In this document: positions 8,056 to 17,518 of the stretch, in pieces
Layout: each line of letters starts with the position of its first letter
Numbering within the stretch: position 1 is the first letter of the stretch
DNA from: Patescibacteria group bacterium
Lineage (GTDB): Bacteria > Patescibacteriota > Patescibacteriia > Magasanikbacterales > GWA2-37-8
Assembly (NCBI GenBank): GCA_022710645.1
Contig: JAKLGL010000001.1
Coordinates: 20,614-84,613, forward strand
Length of the DNA: 64,000 bases
Reading direction: 5' to 3'
The notes under the pieces: model-generated
Database searches by the model: none
What the model was told of the DNA's origin: nothing
What the model saw: only the letters and a program-made list of their open reading frames with translations
Translations under genes and position numbers: made by a program

Positions 8056-10395
8056 ATGAATGAATCAGAAACACGAGCTGAACTCATTGATCCCAAACTG
8101 AAAGCTAGTGGTTGGGGAGAAATAGAGGGCTCAAAAATTTTACGTGAATTTCGAATTACTGATGGACGTATTCAAACAGGTGGCACACGCACAAAGCCGG
8201 AAATAGCCGACTATATTTTGGTTTATAAAAATCAAAAGCTTGCGGTGATTGAAGCAAAAAAAGAAAGTTTGTCGGCTAGCGAGGGTGTAGCTCAAGCTAA
8301 AACTTATGCGGAAAAATTACAGATTGATTTTACTTATTCCACCAATGGCAAAGCAATTTACGAAATTTCAATGAAAACAGGTAAAGAAGGATTAGTGCGA
8401 GATTTTCCGACCCCCGACGAATTATGGAATAGAGTAAATGCAAAATCAAATGAATGGAAAGAAAAATTTGCAACTGTGCCAAACGAGGGAGATTATGGTA
8501 GTCGTTATTATCAAGAGATTGCGATAAACAATGTTTTGAATGCTGTGGCTGAAGGTAAAAATAGAATTCTTTTGACTATGGCAACTGGTACGGGTAAAAC
8601 CGCGGTAGCTTTTCAAATTGCTTGGAAACTTTTTCAAACGCGTTGGAATTTACAAAGAAATGGCGAACGCCGACCGAGAATTTTGTTTTTAGCTGATAGA
8701 AATATTTTGGCCGACCAAGCTTACAATGCTTTTTCTGCTTTTAAAGAAGACGCGCTTGTTCGAATTAATCCACTTGATATTCGTAAAAAGGGCAAAGTGC
8801 CAACTGGTGGAAGTATCTTTTTTACAATTTTTCAAACTTTCATGAGTGGTCCGAATAATACTTCATATTATGGAGATTATCCAGCGGACTTTTTTGATTT
8901 TATTATTATTGATGAGTGCCATCGTGGTGGAGCAAATGACGAAAGTAATTGGCGAGGAATTATGGAATATTTTGCTCCAGCAGTTCAACTTGGTTTAACC
9001 GCTACCCCACAAAGACGAGACAACGTTGATACCTATAGATATTTTGGGGAACCAGTTTATATTTATTCCCTCAAAGAAGGCGTAAACGATGGATTTTTAA
9101 CCCCGTTTAAAGTAAAAAGAATCAAAACTACCTTAGATGACTATGTTTATACGGTAGAAGATCAGATTGTGGAAGGGGAAGTTGAAGAAGGAAAAATTTA
9201 TGAAGAAGAAGATTTTAATAGAATTATAGAAATTCAAGAAAGAGAAGCAAAACGTGTAAAAATCATGTTTAGTGAAATAAATCAAAATGAAAAAACCATT
9301 GTGTTTTGTGCTACTCAAAGTCATGCTGCGGCTGTTCGCGATTTGATCAACCAATTGAAAGAAAATAAAGATCCAAATTATTGCGCTCGTGTAACAGCCA
9401 ATGATGGCGCGCGAGGAGATCAATTTTTACGTGATTTTCAAGATAATGAAAAAACTATTCCAACAATTTTGACCACTTCGCAAAAACTCTCAACTGGTGT
9501 GGATGCTCGCAATGTTCGCAATATTGTGTTGATGCGACCGGTAAATTCCATGATTGAATTTAAACAAATTATTGGACGCGGAACTCGTCTTTTTGATGGA
9601 AAAGAATTTTTTACTATTTTGGATTTTGTAGATGCTTATAAAAATTTTTCTGATCCAGCTTGGGACGGAGATCCTGTAGAAGTGATTGAAGAAAAACCTA
9701 CTAAAAAGAAGGTTGATAAAATAAAAGAGCCCAAAGCAAAATACGAACCGATTAGCGAAGAAGGAGAAGGCGAAGAACCAAAAAAGAAATTGGTTATTAA
9801 ATTAAGAAATGGAAAAGAACATGAAATTCAACACATGGTCTCAACTTCTTTTTGGAGTGCAGATGGCAAACCAATCACTTTGCAAGAATTATTAAATAGT
9901 ATGTATGAAAAATTGCCAGAATTTTTCAAAAATGAAGACGATTTACGTAGAATTTGGTCTAACCCTATTACTCGTAAAGCATTATTAGAAAAAATAGCTG
10001 ATGCAGGATATGGAAGAGAAGAATTGGAAACATTGCAAAAAATGATTGATGCAGAAAATAGCGATTTATTTGATGTTTTGTCTTTCTTTTTATATTCAGT
10101 TAAACCGATCACTAGAGAACAAAGAGTGGAAAAATCAAAGAAAACCATTTTTGATAAATTAGACAATGAACAAAAAGAATTTTTAGAATTTGTTTTGCAA
10201 AAATATATTGATAATGGCGTGGAAGAGTTGGAAGAAGAAAAATTACCTTTGTTGTTGAATTTAAAATATCATGCGATTGCCGATGCTATTAATCAGCTTG
10301 GTGATGTGGATAAAATTCGTTCGGTATTTTTTAGTTTCCAAAAGGAACTATATACTAAAGAAAAAATTAGTAATTTGTTTAGATGTTTTATTTAA
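8056..10395 (+). CDS. hsdR: type I restriction enzyme, R subunit (EcoEI-like short form)
   Basis: N-terminal 'ETRAELIDPKLKASGWG' HsdR_N motif. SF2 helicase motifs 'MATGTGKT' and the DECH box 'IIDECHRGG'. The C-terminal domain is EcoEI-R-like. Confidence 0.9.
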   Translation: MNESETRAELIDPKLKASGWGEIEGSKILREFRITDGRIQTGGTRTKPEIADYILVYKNQKLAVIEAKKESLSASEGVAQAKTYAEKLQIDFTYSTNGKAIYEISMKTGKEGLVRDFPTPDELWNRVNAKSNEWKEKFATVPNEGDYGSRYYQEIAINNVLNAVAEGKNRILLTMATGTGKTAVAFQIAWKLFQTRWNLQRNGERRPRILFLADRNILADQAYNAFSAFKEDALVRINPLDIRKKGKVPTGGSIFFTIFQTFMSGPNNTSYYGDYPADFFDFIIIDECHRGGANDESNWRGIMEYFAPAVQLGLTATPQRRDNVDTYRYFGEPVYIYSLKEGVNDGFLTPFKVKRIKTTLDDYVYTVEDQIVEGEVEEGKIYEEEDFNRIIEIQEREAKRVKIMFSEINQNEKTIVFCATQSHAAAVRDLINQLKENKDPNYCARVTANDGARGDQFLRDFQDNEKTIPTILTTSQKLSTGVDARNVRNIVLMRPVNSMIEFKQIIGRGTRLFDGKEFFTILDFVDAYKNFSDPAWDGDPVEVIEEKPTKKKVDKIKEPKAKYEPISEEGEGEEPKKKLVIKLRNGKEHEIQHMVSTSFWSADGKPITLQELLNSMYEKLPEFFKNEDDLRRIWSNPITRKALLEKIADAGYGREELETLQKMIDAENSDLFDVLSFFLYSVKPITREQRVEKSKKTIFDKLDNEQKEFLEFVLQKYIDNGVEELEEEKLPLLLNLKYHAIADAINQLGDVDKIRSVFFSFQKELYTKEKISNLFRCFI

Positions 10396-10398
10396 AAT

Positions 10399-10764
10399 AT
10401 GTCTAATAATAAACTAAAAATAACCATTGCTAGTGTATTTTTATTTATTATTTTTTCTTTTTATTCCTATTCCGACATCTGTTGTATGTTCGGCGCGACG
10501 AGATATTATGGTTGGCCTTTTTCCTTTATTTCTTTGAATAAAACCGTAGAAACTTATGAAGAGGCGAGTAGGATAAAAACCGATTGGTTTTGGAATTTGA
10601 AAAAAGACGGGTGGGAGTTTTCTTTTTCCGCTAACCCTATTTCACCAAAACCTTTTCAAGCCATCGCCTTGAATAATCCGGTGATAGGTATGGTATTTGA
10701 TGTAGGTTTGAGTTTTTTGTTGGTGTGGGGAATAAATAAAATTTATAAAAAATTTTTAAATTAA
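10399..10764 (+). CDS. hypothetical small membrane protein, 4 bp downstream of hsdR
   Basis: 121 aa with an N-terminal TM helix. It is tightly linked to hsdR. Confidence 0.4.
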   Translation: MSNNKLKITIASVFLFIIFSFYSYSDICCMFGATRYYGWPFSFISLNKTVETYEEASRIKTDWFWNLKKDGWEFSFSANPISPKPFQAIALNNPVIGMVFDVGLSFLLVWGINKIYKKFLN

Positions 10765-10774
10765 TTTTTATTTT

Positions 10775-11410
10775 ATGAATGGAAAAAATATTTTAATTAT
10801 TATTGGGGCTACTGCTTTGCTTGGTGCTGGAGTCTATGCTGGTTCAGAATTCATAGATTGGAAAGCAGAACACGATAAAATGGCGCAAGATATAGCAGAT
10901 AAAAATTTTTGGCAAGATAAACAAACTGAGTGGGAAGAAGATTTGGCTCGTAAAAATAATAAGGAAGAAATAAATTGGGATGAAGAAGGCGCGCAAATGA
11001 TGTATGAATTGTCAGATGAATCAGCTTTGGGAAAATATTTAGAAATAGATTGGGAAAAAGAAACAGATAAAATGTCTGATGATTTAAAAATTAAACTTTA
11101 CTCTGGTGTTTGGGAACAAATTGCTACTTATATGAATGGTGAATTGCAAGCAGATAGCGCTAAAGCAACTCTTGTTTTGAGTAAAGATAGTTATGAATCC
11201 AAAACCAGTTGCGTCTCTACCGGAGGTTTGAAAATTTTGGATGAAGTGATGGCAATGACAGTGAAAACAAATACTTGTTATGCTGGCATGATAGGTAGTA
11301 CTGTTGACTATAGTTACGAACTTTCCAAAGACGCGCAGATTTTAGTTTTGAATTATAGTCAAGGAGATTTTTCTATGCGTGAGGTTTTCAAAAGAGTGAA
11401 AAATAAATAA
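10775..11410 (+). CDS. hypothetical secreted protein (signal peptide)
   Basis: The N-terminal 'ILIIIGATALLGAGVYA' looks like a signal sequence. The rest is acidic and repetitive (W/E-rich). Confidence 0.45.
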   Translation: MNGKNILIIIGATALLGAGVYAGSEFIDWKAEHDKMAQDIADKNFWQDKQTEWEEDLARKNNKEEINWDEEGAQMMYELSDESALGKYLEIDWEKETDKMSDDLKIKLYSGVWEQIATYMNGELQADSAKATLVLSKDSYESKTSCVSTGGLKILDEVMAMTVKTNTCYAGMIGSTVDYSYELSKDAQILVLNYSQGDFSMREVFKRVKNK

Positions 11411-11413
11411 AGT

Positions 11414-12022
11414 TTGTATATGAAAAAACAAATCATCGTCATCCACGGCGGAGATAGTTTCAACAGTTACAAACAATATTTTTCCAATTTAAAAAACATC
11501 AAAATCAATTTTGAGAAAATGTTTCGTAAAGGTTGGAAAGATGGTCTCCCCAAAATGCTTGGCAAAAACTATCAAGTAATAATGCCGAGCATGCCCAATA
11601 AATCCAATGCCCGTTTTGAGGAATGGAAGATTTGGTTTGAAAAATTGTTCCCATTTTTGAATAGAGAAGTTGTGTTGGTCGGTCATTCGCTTGGCGCGAG
11701 TTTTTTATTGCGTTATTTATCCGAAAATAAATTCCCGAAAAAAATCAAAGCGACTTTTTTGGTTTCCGCGCCATATCAACAAAAGGGGATGCGTACCGAT
11801 TTGGGCGATGATTTTCGTTTTGGCCAAGATATGAGTTTGTTAATCAAACAATCCCCGAGGCTGGTTTTTTATCAGAGTCAAGACGATAAGGTCGTGCCTG
11901 TCTCCGATTTTGAAAAATTCAAAGATCTTTTTCCCGGCGCTTGTTTTGTAGAGTTCAAAGATAGAGGACATTTTGGTCAAGAAAATTTCCCGGAAATAGT
12001 CAGGGATATAAAGAAAATATAA
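11414..12022 (+). CDS. alpha/beta-fold serine hydrolase (YdeN/RBBP9-like)
   Basis: Nucleophile elbow 'VGHSLGAS' with downstream Asp and His candidates, in about 200 aa. Confidence 0.6.
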   Translation: MYMKKQIIVIHGGDSFNSYKQYFSNLKNIKINFEKMFRKGWKDGLPKMLGKNYQVIMPSMPNKSNARFEEWKIWFEKLFPFLNREVVLVGHSLGASFLLRYLSENKFPKKIKATFLVSAPYQQKGMRTDLGDDFRFGQDMSLLIKQSPRLVFYQSQDDKVVPVSDFEKFKDLFPGACFVEFKDRGHFGQENFPEIVRDIKKI

Positions 12023-12078
12023 TAAAGAGGATACTGGATATTAAAACCCCGGCTGAAAGGCCGGGTTTTATAATAGGA

Positions 12079-12107
12079 TTGACTTTTGTTAAATTTTATG
12101 TTATAAT
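12079..12107 (+). promoter_or_regulatory. sigma70-like promoter TTGACT-17-TATAAT for the GC-rich DUF218 gene
   Basis: Read directly from the sequence. It is preceded by the terminator hairpin ccggc...gccgg at about 12045-12068. Confidence 0.55.
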
Positions 12108-12159
12108 CTCGAGTTAGTGTTCTTTTTATTATAAATCCAAAATATCATGGAGGTGGCTC

Positions 12160-12786
12160 ATGCCGAGAGAAGGAAATGTTACGCGGGTGATTTTTGTCCC
12201 CGCTGAACAGATTGAAAAAGAAAATCGTCTTTCAGTGAGAACGACGATGCGTCTTGAACGAGCCCTGGCTCTTTTTAAGACGGGAGAGTATGATCTGATT
12301 ATTCTTTCGGGAGGTATTTTCAATCCTCTCGAAGTGCAGACAGTTTCTGCAGCCAGACTGATGAAGACCTGGCTTTTGCAGAAAGAGGTGAAAAGAGAGT
12401 GTATTATTACAGAGAATCATTCTCTCGACACCTACGAGAATATAAAGTTTTCATTCGGGCATCTCTGGTCGTGTTTCAAAGAAAAATATTCTCCCTTTTC
12501 CGGAGTTGTCGGTTGTGGCGCTGACCGTGCATCAATCATAGAGGGGAGCTTCAGGGGAGAAATCACCCTGATAAGTGACTACTGGCATTTAGAACGCTTT
12601 AAGGTTATTGTCGCACATTCGACATCTGTTTTTGCCACAATGCCGTGGATCTACGAAGATTCCGGCTATAAGCTTGATTTTATCGGGAGGATCAAGGAGA
12701 AAATTTTTCTCCTTATCACCAAAAATGACCCCGAAGGCACAGGGTGGTTGGCAAGGTTTAACCGCTATTGCCGCCGCCAACTATAA
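12160..12786 (+). CDS. DUF218 (YdcF/ElyC/SanA-like) domain protein with anomalously high GC
   Basis: 'LIILSGG...' and 'HSLDTYEN' motifs are typical of DUF218. Local GC is near 48% against a background near 35%. Confidence 0.65.
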   Translation: MPREGNVTRVIFVPAEQIEKENRLSVRTTMRLERALALFKTGEYDLIILSGGIFNPLEVQTVSAARLMKTWLLQKEVKRECIITENHSLDTYENIKFSFGHLWSCFKEKYSPFSGVVGCGADRASIIEGSFRGEITLISDYWHLERFKVIVAHSTSVFATMPWIYEDSGYKLDFIGRIKEKIFLLITKNDPEGTGWLARFNRYCRRQL

Positions 12787-12921
12787 AATTTTGTTTTTTG
12801 GATTTTTATAACCGTCTTGGCTTTATGTCACGACGGTTTTTTATTACTTGTATGCATTGATTTTTTCTCTTTTATTTTTAATCAAAAAATGTTATAATTT
12901 CTTCAAATAAAACTATTTATT

Positions 12922-13614
12922 ATGACCAAACCTCGTCGTGTTGCCATTTTTGACATTGACGGAACGATATTTCGCTCCAGTTTGTTGATAGAAGTGACGG
13001 AAGAATTAATAGAACAAGGAATATTTCCGACTAAGGTCAGAAATATTTATATGAAGCCTTATAAAAATTGGTCCAATCGTCGCGATACCTACGAAAAATA
13101 TATTGATTCGGTAGTTGTGGCTTTCATGAAAAATATCAAAGGCGTGGATTATAAAGCTTTTGCTAAAGTAGCAAACAAGGTGATAAACGCCAAAAAAGAC
13201 CGAGTTTATCGTTACACTCGCGATTTGGTGTATGAATTGAAAAAGAAAGGATTTTTCCTTTTAGCTATTTCTCAATCTCCCAAAGAATTGGTTCAAAATT
13301 TCGGTTATAAAATGGGTTTTGATAAAGTTTACGGTCGAGATTATGAAGTTGGTAAAAATGGTAAGCTTACCGGCAAAGTTTTGTTTTTGGATTTGATAGA
13401 AGATAAAGCCAATGTTTTGAAACGCGCGGTGGAAAGAAATAACCTGACTTTGAGAGGGTCTTACGGAGTCGGGGACAGCGAGGGTGATATTACTTTGTTG
13501 CAAATGGTAGAAAATCCTATTTGTTTCAATCCCAATAATAAACTATACCAACACGCCAAAAAACACGGTTGGGCTGTGGTGGTGGAGAGAAAAGATAATA
13601 TATATAAATTATGA
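12922..13614 (+). CDS. HAD-superfamily hydrolase (HAD-IB/phosphoserine-phosphatase-like)
   Basis: Motif I 'IFDIDGTIF' and a C-terminal 'GVGDSEGDITLL' motif IV. Confidence 0.75.
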   Translation: MTKPRRVAIFDIDGTIFRSSLLIEVTEELIEQGIFPTKVRNIYMKPYKNWSNRRDTYEKYIDSVVVAFMKNIKGVDYKAFAKVANKVINAKKDRVYRYTRDLVYELKKKGFFLLAISQSPKELVQNFGYKMGFDKVYGRDYEVGKNGKLTGKVLFLDLIEDKANVLKRAVERNNLTLRGSYGVGDSEGDITLLQMVENPICFNPNNKLYQHAKKHGWAVVVERKDNIYKL

Positions 13615-13715
13615 TACTTACTATATTAATAATATTGGTTTTGGTGATTATCGGAGTGGTGAGTCGGTATTTTATTGATTAATCAAATTAAAAAATAATT
13701 TATTAATAAAATTTT

Positions 13716-14165
13716 ATGACCAAAAAATTATCATTATTACTCGGGATTGTTATTGTCTTGGCCGGGGCAAGTGTTTTTTTGACACTTTATCCGGAAAAAA
13801 TCAGTAATCGTAATTTTGTAGATGAAGGACAAAAACAACCTGTCGGCATGGCTAATCCGGCGAGTGTAAATTGCGCGGAAAAGGGCGGAACTTTGGAAAT
13901 CAAAGAAAACGGTGTCGGACAATATGGATTATGTTTTTTTGATGATAATCGAGCTTGCGAAGAGTGGGCTTTGATGCGAGGCGAATGTCCGCTTGGCGGG
14001 ATGAAAACTACGGGATATGACACTGAAGAACAAAGATATTGCGCTTGGGTAGGAGGACATACGACGACTAACGAAGGTGGTGTTTGTACTTTTGATGACG
14101 GATCAACCTGCGCGCTTGATAAATTATATAAAGCGGAATGCAAAAGAGGTGAAATGAAAAATTAA
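13716..14165 (+). CDS. secreted DUF333 ('putative hemolysin') domain protein
   Basis: Signal peptide. Two repeats of 'NPASV.C...GG.......G..G.C.F.D...C..W....G.C' with conserved cysteines. Confidence 0.55.
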   Translation: MTKKLSLLLGIVIVLAGASVFLTLYPEKISNRNFVDEGQKQPVGMANPASVNCAEKGGTLEIKENGVGQYGLCFFDDNRACEEWALMRGECPLGGMKTTGYDTEEQRYCAWVGGHTTTNEGGVCTFDDGSTCALDKLYKAECKRGEMKN

Positions 14166-14168
14166 GTT

Positions 14169-15554
14169 ATGCACAAATATTCGATTAGACGAAAAAAAAG
14201 CGACGAACAAAAATTTACAGAAAAAAAAGACGATAAAAATCGTTTTTCTAATATTGAAATAAATGATGAATTTGCGGAAGCTCTGGATATTTTGGAAAAT
14301 CGCCGCGACCATATTTTTTTGACCGGTAAAGCCGGAACGGGCAAATCCACATTGCTTGAGTATTGGCGCGCCAAAACCGGACAAAATATCGCCGTGTTGG
14401 CGCCAACCGGCGTGGCTGCGCTCAATGTTCGCGGACAAACTATCCATTCTTTTTTTGGTTTTCGTCCGGGGATAACCCCGAATATGGTTCGTAAGCACGG
14501 ACAAGCCGGAGCCAATTCACTTTATGGTAAATTGGATGCATTGGTAATAGACGAGATTTCCATGGTGCGTGCCGATCTTTTGGATTGTATTGATAAGTTT
14601 ATGCGACTGAACGGCAAAGATCCGCGAAAACCTTTTGGCGGAACCAGAATGATATTTTTGGGAGATCTATATCAACTTCCGCCCGTGGTGACTGATGATG
14701 AAAAAGATTATTTCAACGATTATTACGCTTCACCGTATTTTTTCTCCGCCAAAGTTCTCAACGACAAAAGATTGCTTGGTGATGATTTTACTTTTAGGAT
14801 ATTAGAACTAAATAAAATTTACCGACAAAAAGACGGGGGATTTATAAAATTACTCAATCGGGTGCGAGAAAATTTGGTTGAAGAAGAGGATTTGAAATTA
14901 CTCAATAAACGCGTTGATCCGAATTTTGTCTGTCCGGAAGATGATTTCTATATTTATCTTACCGCTACCAATGCGCTCGCCGCGCAAATAAATGAAAATC
15001 GTTTACGAAAACTGCCGGATGCGGAAAGAACTTTCAAAGGTAAGATGGAAGGTGATTTTGAAGATCGGGTAATTCCGGCGGAAAATCTCCTCAAACTCAA
15101 AGTCGGCGCGCAAGTAATGTTGCTCAATAATGACAAAGAAAGTCGTTGGGTCAACGGCACTGTGGGAAAAGTGGTTGATATTGGTAGAGAAATAAAAGGC
15201 GCCAAAATTTCAGTGGAACTTGATGGGGGAGATATAGTGGAAGTTTTACCTTACACTTGGCACAATTACAAACATTTTTTGGATAAAGGAAAAAATAAAG
15301 TGGAAACCGAAATTGTCGGTACTTACACTCAATATCCACTCAAGCTCGCTTGGGCCGTGACTATTCACAAAGCGCAAGGCAAAACTTTTCAAAAAGCTAT
15401 CCTGGATATCGGTTGGGGAACGTTCGCGCACGGACAACTCTATGTTGCGCTTTCTCGTTGTTCCAATTTATCCGGACTTGTTCTCAAACAACCGCTTCTC
15501 AAACGACATGTTATCACCGATCCGGCTGTTACTGATTTTTTAAAAAATCAGTAA
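14169..15554 (+). CDS. PIF1/RecD2-like SF1 DNA helicase
   Basis: Walker A 'GKAGTGKSTLL' and 'LVIDEISMV'. C-terminal 'AVTIHKAQGKTF' and 'VALSRCSNLSGLVL', typical of the PIF1/RecD family. Confidence 0.8.
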   Translation: MHKYSIRRKKSDEQKFTEKKDDKNRFSNIEINDEFAEALDILENRRDHIFLTGKAGTGKSTLLEYWRAKTGQNIAVLAPTGVAALNVRGQTIHSFFGFRPGITPNMVRKHGQAGANSLYGKLDALVIDEISMVRADLLDCIDKFMRLNGKDPRKPFGGTRMIFLGDLYQLPPVVTDDEKDYFNDYYASPYFFSAKVLNDKRLLGDDFTFRILELNKIYRQKDGGFIKLLNRVRENLVEEEDLKLLNKRVDPNFVCPEDDFYIYLTATNALAAQINENRLRKLPDAERTFKGKMEGDFEDRVIPAENLLKLKVGAQVMLLNNDKESRWVNGTVGKVVDIGREIKGAKISVELDGGDIVEVLPYTWHNYKHFLDKGKNKVETEIVGTYTQYPLKLAWAVTIHKAQGKTFQKAILDIGWGTFAHGQLYVALSRCSNLSGLVLKQPLLKRHVITDPAVTDFLKNQ

Positions 15555-15645
15555 ATTAGCCAATTTCAAAATTACAAGATTTAAAGATTAAGCCGCCTTA
15601 TTGGCGGTTTTTTTATTTTTTATTTTAAAAATGGTATAATAATTC

Positions 15646-15700
15646 TGTCATTCTGAGTGAAACGAAGAATCCCTTCAATAAAACTTCAGAATAACGAAAA
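15646..15700. repeat. Dispersed imperfect-palindrome repeat, copy A (partly degenerate right arm)
   Basis: 'tgtcattctgagtgaaacgaagaatccc...cttcagaataacga' matches the left arm of the repeats at 17433, 20121 and 53766. Confidence 0.5.
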
Positions 15701-15742
15701 ATTTGTAATCTTTAAATCTTTTAATCTTTAAATAAATTTTGT

Positions 15743-16240
15743 ATGTCAAAATTTGTTAAATATTTTATAGCCATTGCTATTCCTTTATTAGCCAGTGGAA
15801 TAGGTTCTTTATTTACCACCCCGAGCATTCCAGGTTGGTATACAACGTTGGTTAAACCGAGTTTCAATCCGCCAAGTTGGGTATTCGGACCGGTTTGGAC
15901 GATACTTTTCATCATGATGGGTGTGGCGTTTGCTCTTATTTGGATGAATAAACAAGGAAATTGGTTTACCAGATTATTCAAAAAGGAACATTTTAGACAA
16001 TGGGCTTTTACCGCTTATTTTGTTCAATTGACGTTAAATGTTTTTTGGTCGATTTTTTTCTTCGGCCTTCATAATCCGCTTTTGGCTTTTATAGATATAG
16101 TATTTTTATGGTTTGCCATTGCTACCAATATTTATTTCTTTTATAAAATCAACAAAACAGCGGGTTATTTACTTATTCCTTATTTACTTTGGGTAAGTTT
16201 TGCTAGCGTACTTAACTTAACAATCGTACTAATTAACTAA
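15743..16240 (+). CDS. tspO: TspO/MBR family tryptophan-rich sensory protein
   Basis: Five TM helices with Trp-rich conserved segments 'PSWVFGPVWTILFIMMG' and 'LLIPYLLWVSFA'. Confidence 0.8.
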   Translation: MSKFVKYFIAIAIPLLASGIGSLFTTPSIPGWYTTLVKPSFNPPSWVFGPVWTILFIMMGVAFALIWMNKQGNWFTRLFKKEHFRQWAFTAYFVQLTLNVFWSIFFFGLHNPLLAFIDIVFLWFAIATNIYFFYKINKTAGYLLIPYLLWVSFASVLNLTIVLIN

Positions 16241-16309
16241 ATAATGATTACAAAAATTGCAAAAATTACAGAGATTGAAAATTCAATGTAAATTGTAAAT
16301 TAAAAATTT

Positions 16310-16783
16310 ATGAAAATATTGATTGTATATTTTAGTCGAACAGGGATGACGAAAAAAGTTGCGGAGGAGTTGAAAAATAAACTTGGCGCCGATATCGAGG
16401 AGATAACAGACCCGACGGACAGGCGTGGTGTGCTCGGATATTTCAAATGTGGAAAAGAAGCAATGCAAAAAATATCTGCACCGATTAACCCGATAAAATC
16501 GGATTTTAACGTCTATGATTTGGTGATCGTCGGTACTCCGGTTTGGGGTTGGAATATTTGTTCTCCGATCAGAGGTTTGATGGTTAAATATGGACAAGTT
16601 ATGAAGAAAATAGCTGTTTTTTGCACTCAGGGAGGCTCTGGAGCGGAGATTGCCGTAAAAACGATAGAAGAGCTGTCCGGCAAGAAAACCATCGCCAGTG
16701 TGGCGATAAATAACAAGGAAATGCAGAGTGCGGGGTTTGACAAAATATTGAACGATTTCGTGGAAAAAGTTACAATGAAGTAA
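16310..16783 (+). CDS. flavodoxin-family protein
   Basis: N-terminal 'MKILIVYFSRTGMTKKVAEEL' FMN-binding loop, in about 157 aa. Confidence 0.6.
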   Translation: MKILIVYFSRTGMTKKVAEELKNKLGADIEEITDPTDRRGVLGYFKCGKEAMQKISAPINPIKSDFNVYDLVIVGTPVWGWNICSPIRGLMVKYGQVMKKIAVFCTQGGSGAEIAVKTIEELSGKKTIASVAINNKEMQSAGFDKILNDFVEKVTMK

Positions 16784-16900
16784 GGGTGATGATTGAAAAA
16801 TTACAAGATTACAAGATTGCAAGATTCCTTTTGCAACTTTGTGTTTCGTTGTTTAATCTTTCAATCTTTAAATTTTTTAATTATCTAATTTTAAAAAAGT

Positions 16901-17425
16901 ATGGGTCCAAAAACAAAGAAAAACTTGGAAGAAGCTTTTTGCGGAGAAAGTAAAGCAAGAAATAAATATACTTATTATTCTTCCGTTGCTCGCAAAGCAG
17001 GTTATATCCAAATTGCAAATATTTTTGAAGAAACTGCTAATAACGAAAAAGAACATGCCAAACTCTGGGCTAAAGCTCTGGGAATGGTAAAAGATTTACC
17101 AGATGATCTCAAAGACGCTATTGAGGGTGAACTTTATGAAACCAATGAAATGTATCCGCGCATGGAAAAAGAAGCAATAGAAGAAGGAGAGACGGAAATC
17201 GCCAAAATGTTCAAAGAAGTCGGTGAAGTAGAAGAAAAACATGCTATTCGCTATCAAAAATTGTTAGAAAATTTAGAAAAAGGCGAAGTATTTAAAAAAG
17301 AAGATTCAAAACGTTGGAAATGTAACAATTGCGGATATATCCATGAAGGCGATGAAGCTCCGGATAAATGCCCGGCTTGTTCCCATCCGCAAGGATATTT
17401 TGAAGTATTTGTAGAGACCTACTAA
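16901..17425 (+). CDS. rbr: rubrerythrin
   Basis: Ferritin-like diiron ExxH motifs (EKEHAKLW, EEKHAIRY) and a C-terminal rubredoxin-like CNNCG...CPACS. Confidence 0.9.
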   Translation: MGPKTKKNLEEAFCGESKARNKYTYYSSVARKAGYIQIANIFEETANNEKEHAKLWAKALGMVKDLPDDLKDAIEGELYETNEMYPRMEKEAIEEGETEIAKMFKEVGEVEEKHAIRYQKLLENLEKGEVFKKEDSKRWKCNNCGYIHEGDEAPDKCPACSHPQGYFEVFVETY

Positions 17426-17432
17426 ATTTAAC

Positions 17433-17510
17433 TGTCATCCTGAGTGTAACGAAGGATCTGTAAGAAAAGATTTTGCCTGTTGCAGATTCTTCACTTCGTT
17501 CAGAATGACA
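17433..17510. repeat. Dispersed imperfect-palindrome repeat, copy B (between rbr and the dfx start)
   Basis: Left arm tgtcatcctgagtgtaacgaaggatctg and right arm cagattcttcacttcgttcagaatgaca are near reverse complements. Confidence 0.6.
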
Positions 17511-17518
17511 CCAATACT

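Noticed and set aside
14124-14515. Two minus-strand ORFs (126 and 117 aa) overlapping the PIF1-like helicase start
   Set aside because: They are antisense to a gene with clear Walker A/B motifs, and have no promoter or RBS support.
16283-16822. 179-aa minus-strand ORF overlapping the flavodoxin gene
   Set aside because: Low-complexity translation. The plus-strand frame has a clear flavodoxin N-terminal motif and fits the operon direction.
17480-17518. TTG-start extension of the dfx ORF
   Set aside because: The extension lies entirely within the hairpin repeat. The desulfoferrodoxin family N-terminus begins at MARINE.YKC.
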